This document shows, piece by piece, positions 1 to 8,757 of a DNA stretch of 32,000 nt. A program made the position numbers and the translations under genes. The notes beneath the pieces are model-generated. The model was not told the origin of the DNA, did not search any database, and saw nothing but the letters and a program-made list of their open reading frames with translations. Source of the stretch: Faecalibaculum rodentium (GTDB lineage Bacteria; Bacillota_I; Bacilli_A; Erysipelotrichales; Erysipelotrichaceae); contig NZ_CP011391.1 of assembly GCF_001564455.1 (NCBI RefSeq), forward strand, positions 1,200,001 to 1,232,000. The letters are read 5' to 3'. Each line of letters begins with the position of its first letter. Position 1 is the first letter of the stretch.

Positions 1-1449
1 AGGACAAACCCAGAGAGCCCCTGAAGATGAGTAAGGAAGGGCAGTGCGGGAACACGTGAAAGAAAGGGGCAGTCATGGACCAAATAAGACTGATACAGCC
101 GGAAGACCTGAGCACACAGGAAATCTTCTCCATGGAGAACCTGACCAATGCGTGCAGACAGGTACGGCGAAACAATGGAGCTGCAGGGGTAGATGGAGTC
201 AAAGCCAGAGAACTTCCTGCCTGCCCCGGAGAGTATTGGGAGCGACTGCGGGAACAGATACTGGACCGCAGTTATAAACCACTGCCAGCCAAAAGGACCG
301 ATATCCCGAAACCGGATGGGAGCATGCGGGGACTGAATGTCCCGGCTGCCAGAGATAGAGTCATACAGGCCTGTCTGGCAAACTATCTGGATTATAGGAA
401 GGACTTCGAGATGAGCAACAGCTCATACGGGTTCAGGAAGAACAGGAGATGTGAAGAGGCGATACTGAAAGGCCTTGAGTTCATGAACGACGGGTATGAC
501 TGGATCGTCGACATCGACCTGAGGAAATTCTTCGACACGGTGGACCAGGACAGACTGATACGACTGATAGACAACCTGTTTCACAACAGAGATATAACTG
601 CCCTGACGAGGAAATTCGTCAGGGCAGGAGTCATGATAGACGGCAAACTGACCAGGACGGAAAGGGGTATCCCACAGGGAGGACCGCTTTCACCGATACT
701 GGCCAACATCTATCTGGACCAGGCCGACAAGGAACTGGAAAGCAGAGGGCTGAGATTCACGAGATACGCAGACGATATGCTCATCTATGTGAAGTCGGAA
801 GCCGCCGCCAACAGGGTGATGAAGTCATTCAGCAATTATCTGGAAAAGAAGCTGAAGCTGGAAGTGAATGCTTCAAAATCGAAAGTGGCCAGACCGGATG
901 AAGTGAAATATCTGGGGTTTGGTTTTACAAAGAACAAAAGGGAATGGAAGGCGATACCGCATGAGAAATCCATCCATGAGTTCGAACAGAAGATGATGAA
1001 GCTGACGAAGCGGAACTGGAGCGTATCCCTTGAAGAAAGAATGGAAAAAATCAACCAAGTCATCAGGGGATGGAGCAATTATTTCAGATGCGCATGGATG
1101 TATAAAAAGAACATGCGGAAACTGGACAGCAAGCTCCGGAGAAGAATCAGGGCCATTATCTGGAAGCAGTGGAAAAGCATCAGGAAAAAAGAAGAGAGCC
1201 TCATCAAACTGGGATGTCCCAGAGACAAGGCTCACTCATATGCGTGTGCACGACAAGGATGTGTCCGTTGTGCAGTCACGTTCCTGAACAAGTATATCAG
1301 AAATATACACCTGAAGAAGAAAGGCCTCCTGACCATAGAGGAATACTTCGATACGGTGGCAGAAAGGTTCATGAAATCATTTGTACGAACCGCCCAGTGC
1401 CGAACGGCACGCTGGGTGGTGTGAGAGGGTCTGATGACCCCTACTCGAT
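1..1449 (+). mobile_element. Group II intron, class C (IIC), copy A. The 5' part is cut by the window edge; the visible part runs from domain IV (with the ORF) through domains V and VI.
   Basis: Aligns base-for-base with 23250-24698 at an offset of 23249, with 8 mismatches in 1449 nt. The two copies stop matching exactly after ...CTACTCGAT (1449), which defines the 3' end. Domain V is about 1388-1421 and the DVI bulged A is at 1443. Confidence 0.9.
75..1424 (+). CDS. Group II intron reverse transcriptase/maturase (RT plus X domain, no endonuclease domain)
   Basis: 449-aa ORF. RT block 5 YADD is present (FTRYADDMLIYV), along with GIPQGGPLSPILANIYL and the maturase motif RGWSNYF. The last codons overlap intron domain V. 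Confidence 0.95.
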   Translation: MDQIRLIQPEDLSTQEIFSMENLTNACRQVRRNNGAAGVDGVKARELPACPGEYWERLREQILDRSYKPLPAKRTDIPKPDGSMRGLNVPAARDRVIQACLANYLDYRKDFEMSNSSYGFRKNRRCEEAILKGLEFMNDGYDWIVDIDLRKFFDTVDQDRLIRLIDNLFHNRDITALTRKFVRAGVMIDGKLTRTERGIPQGGPLSPILANIYLDQADKELESRGLRFTRYADDMLIYVKSEAAANRVMKSFSNYLEKKLKLEVNASKSKVARPDEVKYLGFGFTKNKREWKAIPHEKSIHEFEQKMMKLTKRNWSVSLEERMEKINQVIRGWSNYFRCAWMYKKNMRKLDSKLRRRIRAIIWKQWKSIRKKEESLIKLGCPRDKAHSYACARQGCVRCAVTFLNKYIRNIHLKKKGLLTIEEYFDTVAERFMKSFVRTAQCRTARWVV

Positions 1450-1578
1450 CCAGAGTCCTGCTGCAGACAGACAGGAGTGTGCAATCGCCCTGGACGATGT
1501 CCCCGTGTGTGTCTGGCAGGGGTTTGCGGTATGTCCGACTGTTGCAGGAAACGCAGGTGATATCCGGATCATGGAAAA

Positions 1579-1621
1579 AGACCGGGTTTCCGCAGCGTTC
1601 CGGCCGCAGGAAACCCGGTCT
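1579..1621. terminator. Bidirectional intrinsic terminator
   Basis: 13-bp perfect arms AGACCGGGTTTCC / GGAAACCCGGTCT, with an A-run on the left and a T-run on the right. It lies just downstream of the minus-strand gene that ends at 1635. Confidence 0.75.
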
Positions 1622-1634
1622 GTTTTCCACAGGA

Positions 1635-2351
1635 TCACAGGATACAGAAAACCAGCAGAAACACCGCACCAAATCCCAGGCGCCAGAACCCGAACACCAG
1701 CAGTGTATGGTTTTGAAACCAGCGTTTCAGTCCTTTGACCAGCAAAGGCGCCAGAACAAATCCGATGCACCCAGCCAGAATCACTGTTGCAGCTGAAACC
1801 GGCGTCAGGGACGGAATTACGGTTATGTGGCTGATCCCGCTGACTGCCTGCGGCCACAAAGAGGCCATGCAGGCCATGCTGTAAGCCTCAGACGTCTCTT
1901 CGCCTGTGATCAGCGCCGCCAGCATAGCCATCGACAGAACCCCGGCTCCCGGGATCACGCCAAGGCAGGAAATGGTCAGGATGAGTATCAGGCGCAGGAC
2001 GCCATGTACATTCAACGGATTCAGCTTCATGCCTGACTGAATCAGAAAGAGCAGTCCGGTGGCCATGGTGATGATCCCGCTTACAAAGGGCGGGACCTCC
2101 TGTGCTGGAACGACGATACCGGCAATCAGGGCCAGAATCCCGGCCACTAGCCACCATGCCCCTGGAGCGAAGAGTTTTTTTCGTGTCAGCACCAGAATGC
2201 CGACGGTCATGCCCAGCTGCATGCACCCTGTCAGGGGCAGATACCATGGAGATCTTATCATTGCTGCAATCAGTTCCACGTGGACTCTTGATCCCACCGG
2301 CATCCAGAACGTCAGGACGCTCAGGATCACTGCAGCGGCCAGTCTGAACAT
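1635..2351 (-). CDS. Polytopic membrane protein, a divergent undecaprenyl-diphosphatase (UppP/BacA) family homologue with degenerate catalytic motifs
   Basis: Collinear with UppP by eye. LTFWMPVGSRVH aligns with LTEFLPVSSTGH, MQLG...KKLF with IQLG...RRLF, IPGAGVLS with PGFSRSG, and the C-terminal FGFWRLGFGAVFLLVF with FAIYRFIVAAAVYVVF. Its ATG at 2351 overlaps the murD stop (TGATG). Confidence 0.55.
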   Translation of the reverse strand: MFRLAAAVILSVLTFWMPVGSRVHVELIAAMIRSPWYLPLTGCMQLGMTVGILVLTRKKLFAPGAWWLVAGILALIAGIVVPAQEVPPFVSGIITMATGLLFLIQSGMKLNPLNVHGVLRLILILTISCLGVIPGAGVLSMAMLAALITGEETSEAYSMACMASLWPQAVSGISHITVIPSLTPVSAATVILAGCIGFVLAPLLVKGLKRWFQNHTLLVFGFWRLGFGAVFLLVFCIL

Positions 2352-3652
2352 CACTGGAGACGGCTGCGGATGAGGTCCTTGAACACCCTTCCCCGCTCTT
2401 CATAGTTGGCGAACTGGTCAAAGCTGGAACAGGCGGGCGACAGAAGAATGGTGTCTCCCGGTTCAGCCAGACCAAGTGCAAGGTCCACGGCTTCTTCCAT
2501 CGTATCCACAGAGGTCTGATGTGTGAACACATCACCAAAGCGGTCCCGGGTTTCTCCGAATGAATAGCACTGTTTCACTACAGAGTCATAGCGTTTCAGG
2601 CCATCGAAGGAAATGTGCTTGTCTTTGCCGCCGGCCAGCAGTATGACACGTTCCGGGAATGCAGAAAGAGCGGCACAGGCTGCATGGGTGTTGGTGGCTT
2701 TTGTGTCATTGTAGATTCGAACCCCATTGTGTTCAGCCACAAACTCGATCCGGTGCTCCACACCGGGAAATGTCCGGATCACTTCCTGGATGTCGTCAGG
2801 TGTTACTCCGAGCCGAAAGGCCATTGCAGCGGCCATCATGGCATTTCCAAGATTGAAATCACCCGCCAGCTTCAGGTCTTTTTCATCGAACAGTTCCTGC
2901 CCCAGCAGCCACACCTTGCCATCATGCCGGCAGAGATCGCATTCGCGTGTGAGAGAAAAGTCGATGATGCGACAGGGAATGTCCGTGGCATATTTCATGA
3001 TTTCGGGATCATCGGTATTCCGGATGAACCAGTCCTCTTCCCTGCAGTTTTCATAGATCTTCATCTTGGACTCATAATAGCTTTCCAGAGAATCCATGTA
3101 ATCAAGATGATCGGGTGCCAGATTGGTCACTGTACATACTTCCGGTCTGAAAGTTTCCGTACCCATGAGCTGGAAATTGGACAGCTCCAGGGCAATATCG
3201 GCAGGTTCTCCTTCCGCTTCCAGGACCACTTCAGACAGCGGAATCCCGATGTTGCCTGCAAAACGGGCAGAGTCACTTTTCCGCTTCAGCATCTCATAGA
3301 GCAGGGTCGTGACAGTCGTTTTCCCGTCTGTTCCCGTAATGGCTCCGTAGCGCAGCGAAGGGGCCGCACGGAATGCGGTCTCTATTTCTGTATAGACCGG
3401 GATCCCGGCATCCACGAAACGCTTAACGACCGGGACACGATATGGGATTCCGGGGTTTTTGACCACAAATGCATACTCCTTTTCGAAGAGCCATTCAGGA
3501 TGCCCATTGTCCACGATCTTGATACCCTCCAGCCCGCTGCGGTCTGTCACCGGACCCGAATCTGTCAGAATCACTTCATATCCCTGCTGCTTCAGCAGGC
3601 GGGCGGCGGCTGTTCCACTGCGTGCAGCGCCGATCACAAGTACTGTTTCCAT
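2351..3652 (-). CDS. murD: UDP-N-acetylmuramoylalanine--D-glutamate ligase
   Basis: Has the N-terminal GAARSG Rossmann motif, the Mur ligase P-loop GTDGKTT, and a typical length. There are two in-frame ATGs (3658 and 3652). The GGAGG overlapping the mraY stop is 8 nt from the ATG at 3652 but only 2 nt from the one at 3658. Confidence 0.93.
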   Translation of the reverse strand: METVLVIGAARSGTAAARLLKQQGYEVILTDSGPVTDRSGLEGIKIVDNGHPEWLFEKEYAFVVKNPGIPYRVPVVKRFVDAGIPVYTEIETAFRAAPSLRYGAITGTDGKTTVTTLLYEMLKRKSDSARFAGNIGIPLSEVVLEAEGEPADIALELSNFQLMGTETFRPEVCTVTNLAPDHLDYMDSLESYYESKMKIYENCREEDWFIRNTDDPEIMKYATDIPCRIIDFSLTRECDLCRHDGKVWLLGQELFDEKDLKLAGDFNLGNAMMAAAMAFRLGVTPDDIQEVIRTFPGVEHRIEFVAEHNGVRIYNDTKATNTHAACAALSAFPERVILLAGGKDKHISFDGLKRYDSVVKQCYSFGETRDRFGDVFTHQTSVDTMEEAVDLALGLAEPGDTILLSPACSSFDQFANYEERGRVFKDLIRSRLQ

Positions 3653-3664
3653 TGTCATTTCCTC

Positions 3665-4648
3665 CTACAGAAAATACAGCAGCAGTCCAGCGAGGGCAAA
3701 GAGAATGCCGGCAAGCCAGAACCGGGTGACGACTGCAGTCTCGCTCATGCCGCCTTTTTCAAAGTGGTGATGCAGGGGGGCCATGCGGAAAATTCGCCTG
3801 CCGGTACGCTTGTAATGTGTGACCTGTATGATGACGGACAGAACCTCGGCAACGAAGACAAAACCGATGACAACCAGCAGGATCTCCTGCTTGAGGACCA
3901 TGGCTGTGGCTGCGATGAAACCCCCGAGTGCCAGCGATCCGGTATCACCCATGAAGATCCGGGCAGGATGCAGGTTGAATTTCAGGTACCCCAGAAGAGA
4001 GGCAGCCACCATGACAATCAGCACCATCACCGGATACTGATGCTGCAGGCAGGCAAATACTGTAAAGGGAACCAGGGCGATGATCATAAGGCCCGCACAC
4101 AGCCCGTCTATTCCGTCTGTCAGGTTGACGGCATTCGTTTCAGCCGTAAACATCAGCACCACCAGCAGAAAGTAGGCCCAGCCAAGATCGATGTACCGGT
4201 TGATCAGGGGGATCCAGATCTCCGTACTGGAGCCGGACCGATAGATCAGGAAAAATATGACTGCCAGAACTGCCTGAAGGGTGAATTTTGCGGCCGGGCT
4301 CAGGCCTGCATTGTCTTTTTTGACCACAATGATATAGTCATCCAGGAACCCGATCAGGCCATAGCCGACGTAGGCGAGAAGGACAATCAGGATGTTCTGG
4401 TTGAGCGCCATGTCAGGCAGGAAAAAAGATCCCAGAATATACACCAGCACGGGGACCAGAATGAACGCAATGCCCCCCATGGTGGGGGTACCGTTTTTCT
4501 TTTTATGAGACTCCAGTCCTTCTTCCCGTTCTGTCTGGCCGAACTTGATTCGGTGCAGATACCGGATGAGTCCTGGCATGATCACCAGCATGAGGATCAG
4601 ACAGACTGCAGCACCGGCCAGGGCTGTGGTCCATGCAGAATAAACCAT
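3665..4648 (-). CDS. mraY: Phospho-N-acetylmuramoyl-pentapeptide transferase
   Basis: 327-aa polytopic protein with the motifs HKKKNGTPTMGG, NAVNLTDGIDGL and MGDTGSLALGG. RBS GGAGTG lies upstream. Confidence 0.95.
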   Translation of the reverse strand: MVYSAWTTALAGAAVCLILMLVIMPGLIRYLHRIKFGQTEREEGLESHKKKNGTPTMGGIAFILVPVLVYILGSFFLPDMALNQNILIVLLAYVGYGLIGFLDDYIIVVKKDNAGLSPAAKFTLQAVLAVIFFLIYRSGSSTEIWIPLINRYIDLGWAYFLLVVLMFTAETNAVNLTDGIDGLCAGLMIIALVPFTVFACLQHQYPVMVLIVMVAASLLGYLKFNLHPARIFMGDTGSLALGGFIAATAMVLKQEILLVVIGFVFVAEVLSVIIQVTHYKRTGRRIFRMAPLHHHFEKGGMSETAVVTRFWLAGILFALAGLLLYFL

Positions 4649-4703
4649 GATATCACTCCATTTCGCGCCTATTAATTATACCATGATTCTGTGCACAATC
4701 AGC

Positions 4704-4732
4704 TTGATATCCGGTTGCCAGAGTGATAAGAT
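4704..4732 (+). promoter_or_regulatory. Candidate sigma-A promoter for rpmB
   Basis: TTGATA, 17-nt spacer, TAAGAT, about 45 nt upstream of the rpmB ATG. Confidence 0.45.
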
Positions 4733-4776
4733 AAGTGAGCGATTGCGTAAAGACTCAGGCAAGGGAGGGACAGCAG

Positions 4777-4968
4777 ATGTCGAGAAAATGCCAAGTATCA
4801 GGCAAGGGTCCTTTATCCGGAAACAAACGGTCTCACTCTATGCGTGCGAGCCGCCGGAAATGGAACGTGAACCTTCAGAAGGCTACCATCATGGTTGACG
4901 GAAAGCCGCAGCAGGTTCGCATCAGCGCACGCGCTCTGAGAACTCTGAAGAAACAGAACGCTGCCTGA
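4777..4968 (+). CDS. rpmB: 50S ribosomal protein L28
   Basis: MSRKCQVSGKGPLSGNKRSHSMRASRRKWNVNLQK... is canonical L28. RBS AAGGGAGGG lies 7 nt upstream of the internal ATG at 4777. The ORF-track start at 4735 is an upstream extension. Confidence 0.95.
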   Translation: MSRKCQVSGKGPLSGNKRSHSMRASRRKWNVNLQKATIMVDGKPQQVRISARALRTLKKQNAA

Positions 4969-4978
4969 TTGCCATACG

Positions 4979-5003
4979 AAGGGACCACGGGTCCTTTTTT
5001 TGT
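4979..5003 (+). terminator. Intrinsic terminator of rpmB
   Basis: GGACC-acg-GGTCC stem followed by T7. Confidence 0.7.
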
Positions 5004-5050
5004 TGTATACATGAGCCTCCAATCCCTTTGCCTCCAGTATAATCAGTCAG

Positions 5051-5120
5051 GCACCGCCTGCAGAGAACATGAGTGACCGATTACGGTCCGTCATTTCCTG
5101 CAGACGGTGCTTTCTTTTTT
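5051..5120 (+). terminator. Long compound hairpin with a T-run between the convergent genes rpmB and the dehydrogenase
   Basis: Outer arms GCACCGCCTGCAG (5051-5063) and CTGCAGACGGTGC (5098-5110) pair at 12 of 13 positions. There is an inner GACCG-atta-CGGTC hairpin, then TTTCTTTTTT, which overlaps the dehydrogenase stop codon. Confidence 0.5.
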
Positions 5121-6069
5121 ATGGCTTTACCTGGTTGACCCAGTTTCCCTGCAGCCACTGGCTGAGGTTGTCAAACACGATTTTTGCCCGCTGGTCCATG
5201 GATTCTTCTGTGTAAAAACCGATATGAGGCGTTACGATCAGGTTCGGTGCCTGAAGCAGAGGATCTTCGGGATCCAGAGGCGGTTCCTGGTCAAAGACAT
5301 CGATTGCAGCTCCGGCAATCGTGCCGTCATTCAGTGCCCGGCAGAGAGCCTGTGCATCCACCACCGGCCCCCTGGCTGTATTGATCAGATATGATCCGGG
5401 TTTCATCGCAGCCAGTTCCCTGTCCGCAATCATATGTTTCGTGCTGCTGGTCAGAGGCGTGTGAACAGAAACGATGTCTGCTTCCCGAAGAAGCTCATCC
5501 AGGCTGTCAGTTTCGCGGTCGAAGGCCGGATCTGCTGTCGGGTGTCTGCGGAATCCGATGGACCTGGTCCCAAATGCCCGGACCAGGTCCGCAGTACGGG
5601 CTGCAATGCGGCCTGCACCGACGAACCCCACCGTTTTGCCTTTCAGCAGTCTGGCAGGCCATCCTGCCCTTGTACCACCCTGCCGGCACGTTCTGTCAGT
5701 CTGCGGGATGCTGCGCAGCAGGTCGATCATGAAGCCCAGGCACAGTTCCGCCACGGCATCTTCGGCATACCCGGAGGCGTTCGAAACCTGTATCCCGTGT
5801 GCTGCAGCCTGGGCCACAGGTACGTGATCTGTCCCGGTGAAAGCGACATCAATGTATTTCAGACGGTCAGCTCCCTCCAGCGCTTCCCACGGCAATGGCA
5901 TGTTTGCAAGAATGACAACATCCGCCTCACGGACTTCTTCTCTCAGTTTCTGCAGATCGGTCGTTTTCTCATAGACAGCAAATGTATGTCCCTGTTCCTC
6001 GAGCTGATTGGTGAATGCGGACAGGGCATCGGGGGAAATCCCCAGTGATTCCAGTAAAGCGATATGCAT
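5119..6069 (-). CDS. D-isomer-specific 2-hydroxyacid dehydrogenase family protein (glycerate/phosphoglycerate dehydrogenase-like)
   Basis: 316 aa with the NAD-binding motif GFVGAGRIAARTA, a catalytic-domain pattern ...NTARG...D...L..AL..G.I.GAAIDVF..EP, and C-terminal TPHIGF. RBS AAGGAG. Confidence 0.85.
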   Translation of the reverse strand: MHIALLESLGISPDALSAFTNQLEEQGHTFAVYEKTTDLQKLREEVREADVVILANMPLPWEALEGADRLKYIDVAFTGTDHVPVAQAAAHGIQVSNASGYAEDAVAELCLGFMIDLLRSIPQTDRTCRQGGTRAGWPARLLKGKTVGFVGAGRIAARTADLVRAFGTRSIGFRRHPTADPAFDRETDSLDELLREADIVSVHTPLTSSTKHMIADRELAAMKPGSYLINTARGPVVDAQALCRALNDGTIAGAAIDVFDQEPPLDPEDPLLQAPNLIVTPHIGFYTEESMDQRAKIVFDNLSQWLQGNWVNQVKP

Positions 6070-6176
6070 AAGTATCTCCTTGATTCATGGACAACAGCCG
6101 GCGCAGGCCGATGTCCTGTGTTGATCCATCTGCCTTGCGCAATGTATCTCTCGGCTCTGGATAGCGTACCTGCCAG

Positions 6177-7481
6177 TCAACAGGGTCGGTCCGGCTTCCC
6201 GAATGCATCTGATGACATTGCGGATCCGTCAGCCAGCGTATGGATCGTCCGGGTCACAACGGGAGAATTCGGCCTGAGGTATTCTGTCTGGAGAAAGTCC
6301 AGGTATGTTCCAGGGGAAATGATGCCGCGGATGTTGAGGACATCTGCTCCAAGCGCGCCAAGCACCACATCCGTGAACGCGGCGCAGTTGTCTCCCAGCG
6401 CCCAGTACGTGCGGAATTTTCCCCCCTTGAATTTATACATCTTCGCGCCCGAACGGTAGTGCAGTCTGCTGGGATAATCCGCCTCAAACTGACTGAACCG
6501 GTCATACCCGTCTGACCGCTCGATTTTGGTATACCACCTGTAGGAATTGTTGCGCATTTTCGCGAGTTCGGCCTCCACCGCCTGTTCCTGTTCTGCGTCA
6601 AGCAGGATCCCGAATTCGAAGATCGTGTTTTTTTCCACCTGAAGCATATTCGGTATATAGTCCTCGGCCGCCAGGTTGAAGAATACGCCGTCACCAATGG
6701 TGCCATTCAGCCGGAAGGAGTCCGAATCATAATTTCCATAAGAATAGACCACACCTTTGTAGGCGAAGGAAATGTGTCCGATCTTCTGAAATCCCTTCGG
6801 TCCAACATGAACCATGACCTGCAGCTGTGGTTTGCGGCTGGTTTTCTGTTCATGCAGGATGACGGGTTCTCCTTTTTTCATGGTTTCGTTGATATGTTGC
6901 AGAAACCAGTCCGGGAGTATGGCGCTGATTGCCGGAGGCAGCATGATCCGTCTGCCGCGTTTCCAGTGATAGTTCTTCCCTCCGCCCGGGAGTGCATTCA
7001 TGAAGAAACGGATTCCCATGACGACAAAATATATCCCGAACAGCTGCATGAGGATGGTGGTGTCAAGATCCGGGGAAAACAGGAGAACAAAACCGAGAGC
7101 ACCGTAGACAGCAGTCAGAAACAGCAGACCCGCGATCCGGCTCAGATAGCTGTCTTCCACATCAAGAACCAGCTGGATGCCGGTGACAACGGCACTGCAG
7201 AGGAGATAGGTGCCGAACATTACCCGGATAAACCATTCAGGGAGTTCCTGCCATCGGGAGAGAATGACCACAAATGCCAGAGACAGCAGGCCAAACAGGA
7301 GATCCGACAGATTTTTTTTGAGGATATACTGCACAAGCTGGTAGATGGTATTGAAAAAGCCGATAAACAGCGCCAGGTTCAGGATCAGATCATAGATATT
7401 TTCCGGAAGCAGAACCAGAACGCTTCCCAGGACTGACAGGACAAGTCCGGCTGTCAGGTCGAACGAACGCCCGGAGCTCAT
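6177..7481 (-). CDS. Membrane protein with an N-terminal multi-TM region (about aa 1-165) and a C-terminal His...Cys permuted papain-like (PPPDE/DeSI- or LRAT-like) domain
   Basis: 434 aa. GHISFAYKGVVYSYGNYD (His236) and YWALGDNCAAFTDVVLGALG (Cys366) resemble the H...NC.(H)F signature of PPPDE/LRAT-type thiol hydrolases. The start ATG overlaps the thiN stop (ATGA). Confidence 0.5.
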   Translation of the reverse strand: MSSGRSFDLTAGLVLSVLGSVLVLLPENIYDLILNLALFIGFFNTIYQLVQYILKKNLSDLLFGLLSLAFVVILSRWQELPEWFIRVMFGTYLLCSAVVTGIQLVLDVEDSYLSRIAGLLFLTAVYGALGFVLLFSPDLDTTILMQLFGIYFVVMGIRFFMNALPGGGKNYHWKRGRRIMLPPAISAILPDWFLQHINETMKKGEPVILHEQKTSRKPQLQVMVHVGPKGFQKIGHISFAYKGVVYSYGNYDSDSFRLNGTIGDGVFFNLAAEDYIPNMLQVEKNTIFEFGILLDAEQEQAVEAELAKMRNNSYRWYTKIERSDGYDRFSQFEADYPSRLHYRSGAKMYKFKGGKFRTYWALGDNCAAFTDVVLGALGADVLNIRGIISPGTYLDFLQTEYLRPNSPVVTRTIHTLADGSAMSSDAFGKPDRPC

Positions 7482-8095
7482 GGCAGGTTTGACTGCACCA
7501 GCAGCAGTCTGCCGGAATGGACATGAATGATACCCTTTTCCTCATTCTCTGCCACTTCGTTGGACAGTGTGTAAATATCAGCTTCGTCCACCATGCGATG
7601 GTCCAGGGGATATTGCATGGATTCCAGCGAGATGCAGGAGAGCTCCAGAGCAAACAGCGAAATGTGCTGAAATTCCCTGGTCACTACGTGGATGCCGGGG
7701 GGCAGCAGCCGGATCTGCTGCTCTTTATCCGTCAGAATCAGCCCTGGATGATGATGTGTGAGCAGACGGATGTTCGCCAGGGTATGGTCGATTCGTCCGG
7801 ATAAGGATCCCGTCAGGATCACCGGATCGTATCCCAGGTGGATGGCTTCCTGTACAGCAAGCTGGGAATCTGATTCGTTTTTTTCGGCAGGAAACCTGAG
7901 CAGCCTGCAGCCCTCGGGGACATCGCACGGATCGAGCGGGGTTTTCGGCGAATCAAAATCTCCACATGCGAAGACAGGATTGATGCCTTGTTCAGTCAAA
8001 GTGAGAAGTCCGGCATCCACGGCTGCGTAGTCAGCCCCGTGTACATCGGGAATCACTGTGGTTGCCGGAGTGACCAGAATCAGTGGCCTGGTCAT
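7478..8095 (-). CDS. thiN: Thiamine pyrophosphokinase
   Basis: 205 aa with the ...AVDAG...GDFDS... motif. The syntenic position after rpe matches B. subtilis yloS. ATGA overlap with the rpe stop. Confidence 0.85.
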   Translation of the reverse strand: MTRPLILVTPATTVIPDVHGADYAAVDAGLLTLTEQGINPVFACGDFDSPKTPLDPCDVPEGCRLLRFPAEKNESDSQLAVQEAIHLGYDPVILTGSLSGRIDHTLANIRLLTHHHPGLILTDKEQQIRLLPPGIHVVTREFQHISLFALELSCISLESMQYPLDHRMVDEADIYTLSNEVAENEEKGIIHVHSGRLLLVQSNLP

Positions 8096-8751
8096 TGCAG
8101 CATTTCGGCGGTTTTCTGGTCCAGGTCGCCGGAGAACAGCCAGGAACCGGCTACCAGTGTATCGGCCCCCGATTCCACTGCTTTTTTCCAGGTCGTGCCA
8201 TTGATCCCGCCATCGATTTCAATCCTGTACGTCACATCATTTTCTGCCCGTTGACTTGCAAGCCAGCGGACTTTTTCCAGCTGGCCTTCCATGAAGGACT
8301 GGCCGCCGAATCCCGGCTCGACGCTCATCACAAGCACCAGATCGGCATGGGGAAGACAGGAGGCAAAGAGCTCAATCGGCGTACCTGGTTTGACGGAAAA
8401 GCCAGCCTGCAGTCCCTGACTTCGGATGGTGTCGAGAAGTTCCGATACAGCAGACGGATCGTTGTCCAGAGCCTCTGTGTGGAACGTAATCAGGTCTGCA
8501 CCGGCTTTGCGGAACGGTTCGACCCAGCAGGCCGGATCGGATGTCATCAGATGCACATCCAGGATGCCGGAGAAACCCTTGCGGATGCCTTTCAGTATAT
8601 CGGGGCCGAAGGTCAGGTTCGGAACAAAGTGTCCGTCCATGACATCGAAATGCAGCCACTGGGCCGGACTGTTTTCCAGCATCTGCAGCGCCGCACCTGT
8701 ATCAGAGTAGTCCATGGAAAGCACAGAGGGTGCCACCACACGTTCGGTCAT
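8092..8751 (-). CDS. rpe: Ribulose-phosphate 3-epimerase
   Basis: PSVLSMD...LHFDVMDGHFVPNLTFGP, ...MSVEPGFGGQSF, ...IEIDGGIN. RBS AGGAGG. Confidence 0.95.
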   Translation of the reverse strand: MTERVVAPSVLSMDYSDTGAALQMLENSPAQWLHFDVMDGHFVPNLTFGPDILKGIRKGFSGILDVHLMTSDPACWVEPFRKAGADLITFHTEALDNDPSAVSELLDTIRSQGLQAGFSVKPGTPIELFASCLPHADLVLVMSVEPGFGGQSFMEGQLEKVRWLASQRAENDVTYRIEIDGGINGTTWKKAVESGADTLVAGSWLFSGDLDQKTAEMLQ

Positions 8752-8757
8752 ACCAGT

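Noticed and set aside
1450-1634. ORFs in the 185-nt stretch between the 3' end of intron copy A and the UppP-like gene
   Set aside because: They are short overlapping frames without an RBS. The region is better explained as 3' exon or intergenic sequence ending in the bidirectional terminator at 1579-1621.
2615-4675. A 686-aa ORF on the plus strand spanning the murD and mraY region
   Set aside because: It is antisense to two genes with unmistakable family motifs. Its product is low-complexity (runs of H, Q, D and G) with no recognisable domain. Long shadow ORFs are expected opposite GC3-biased genes.
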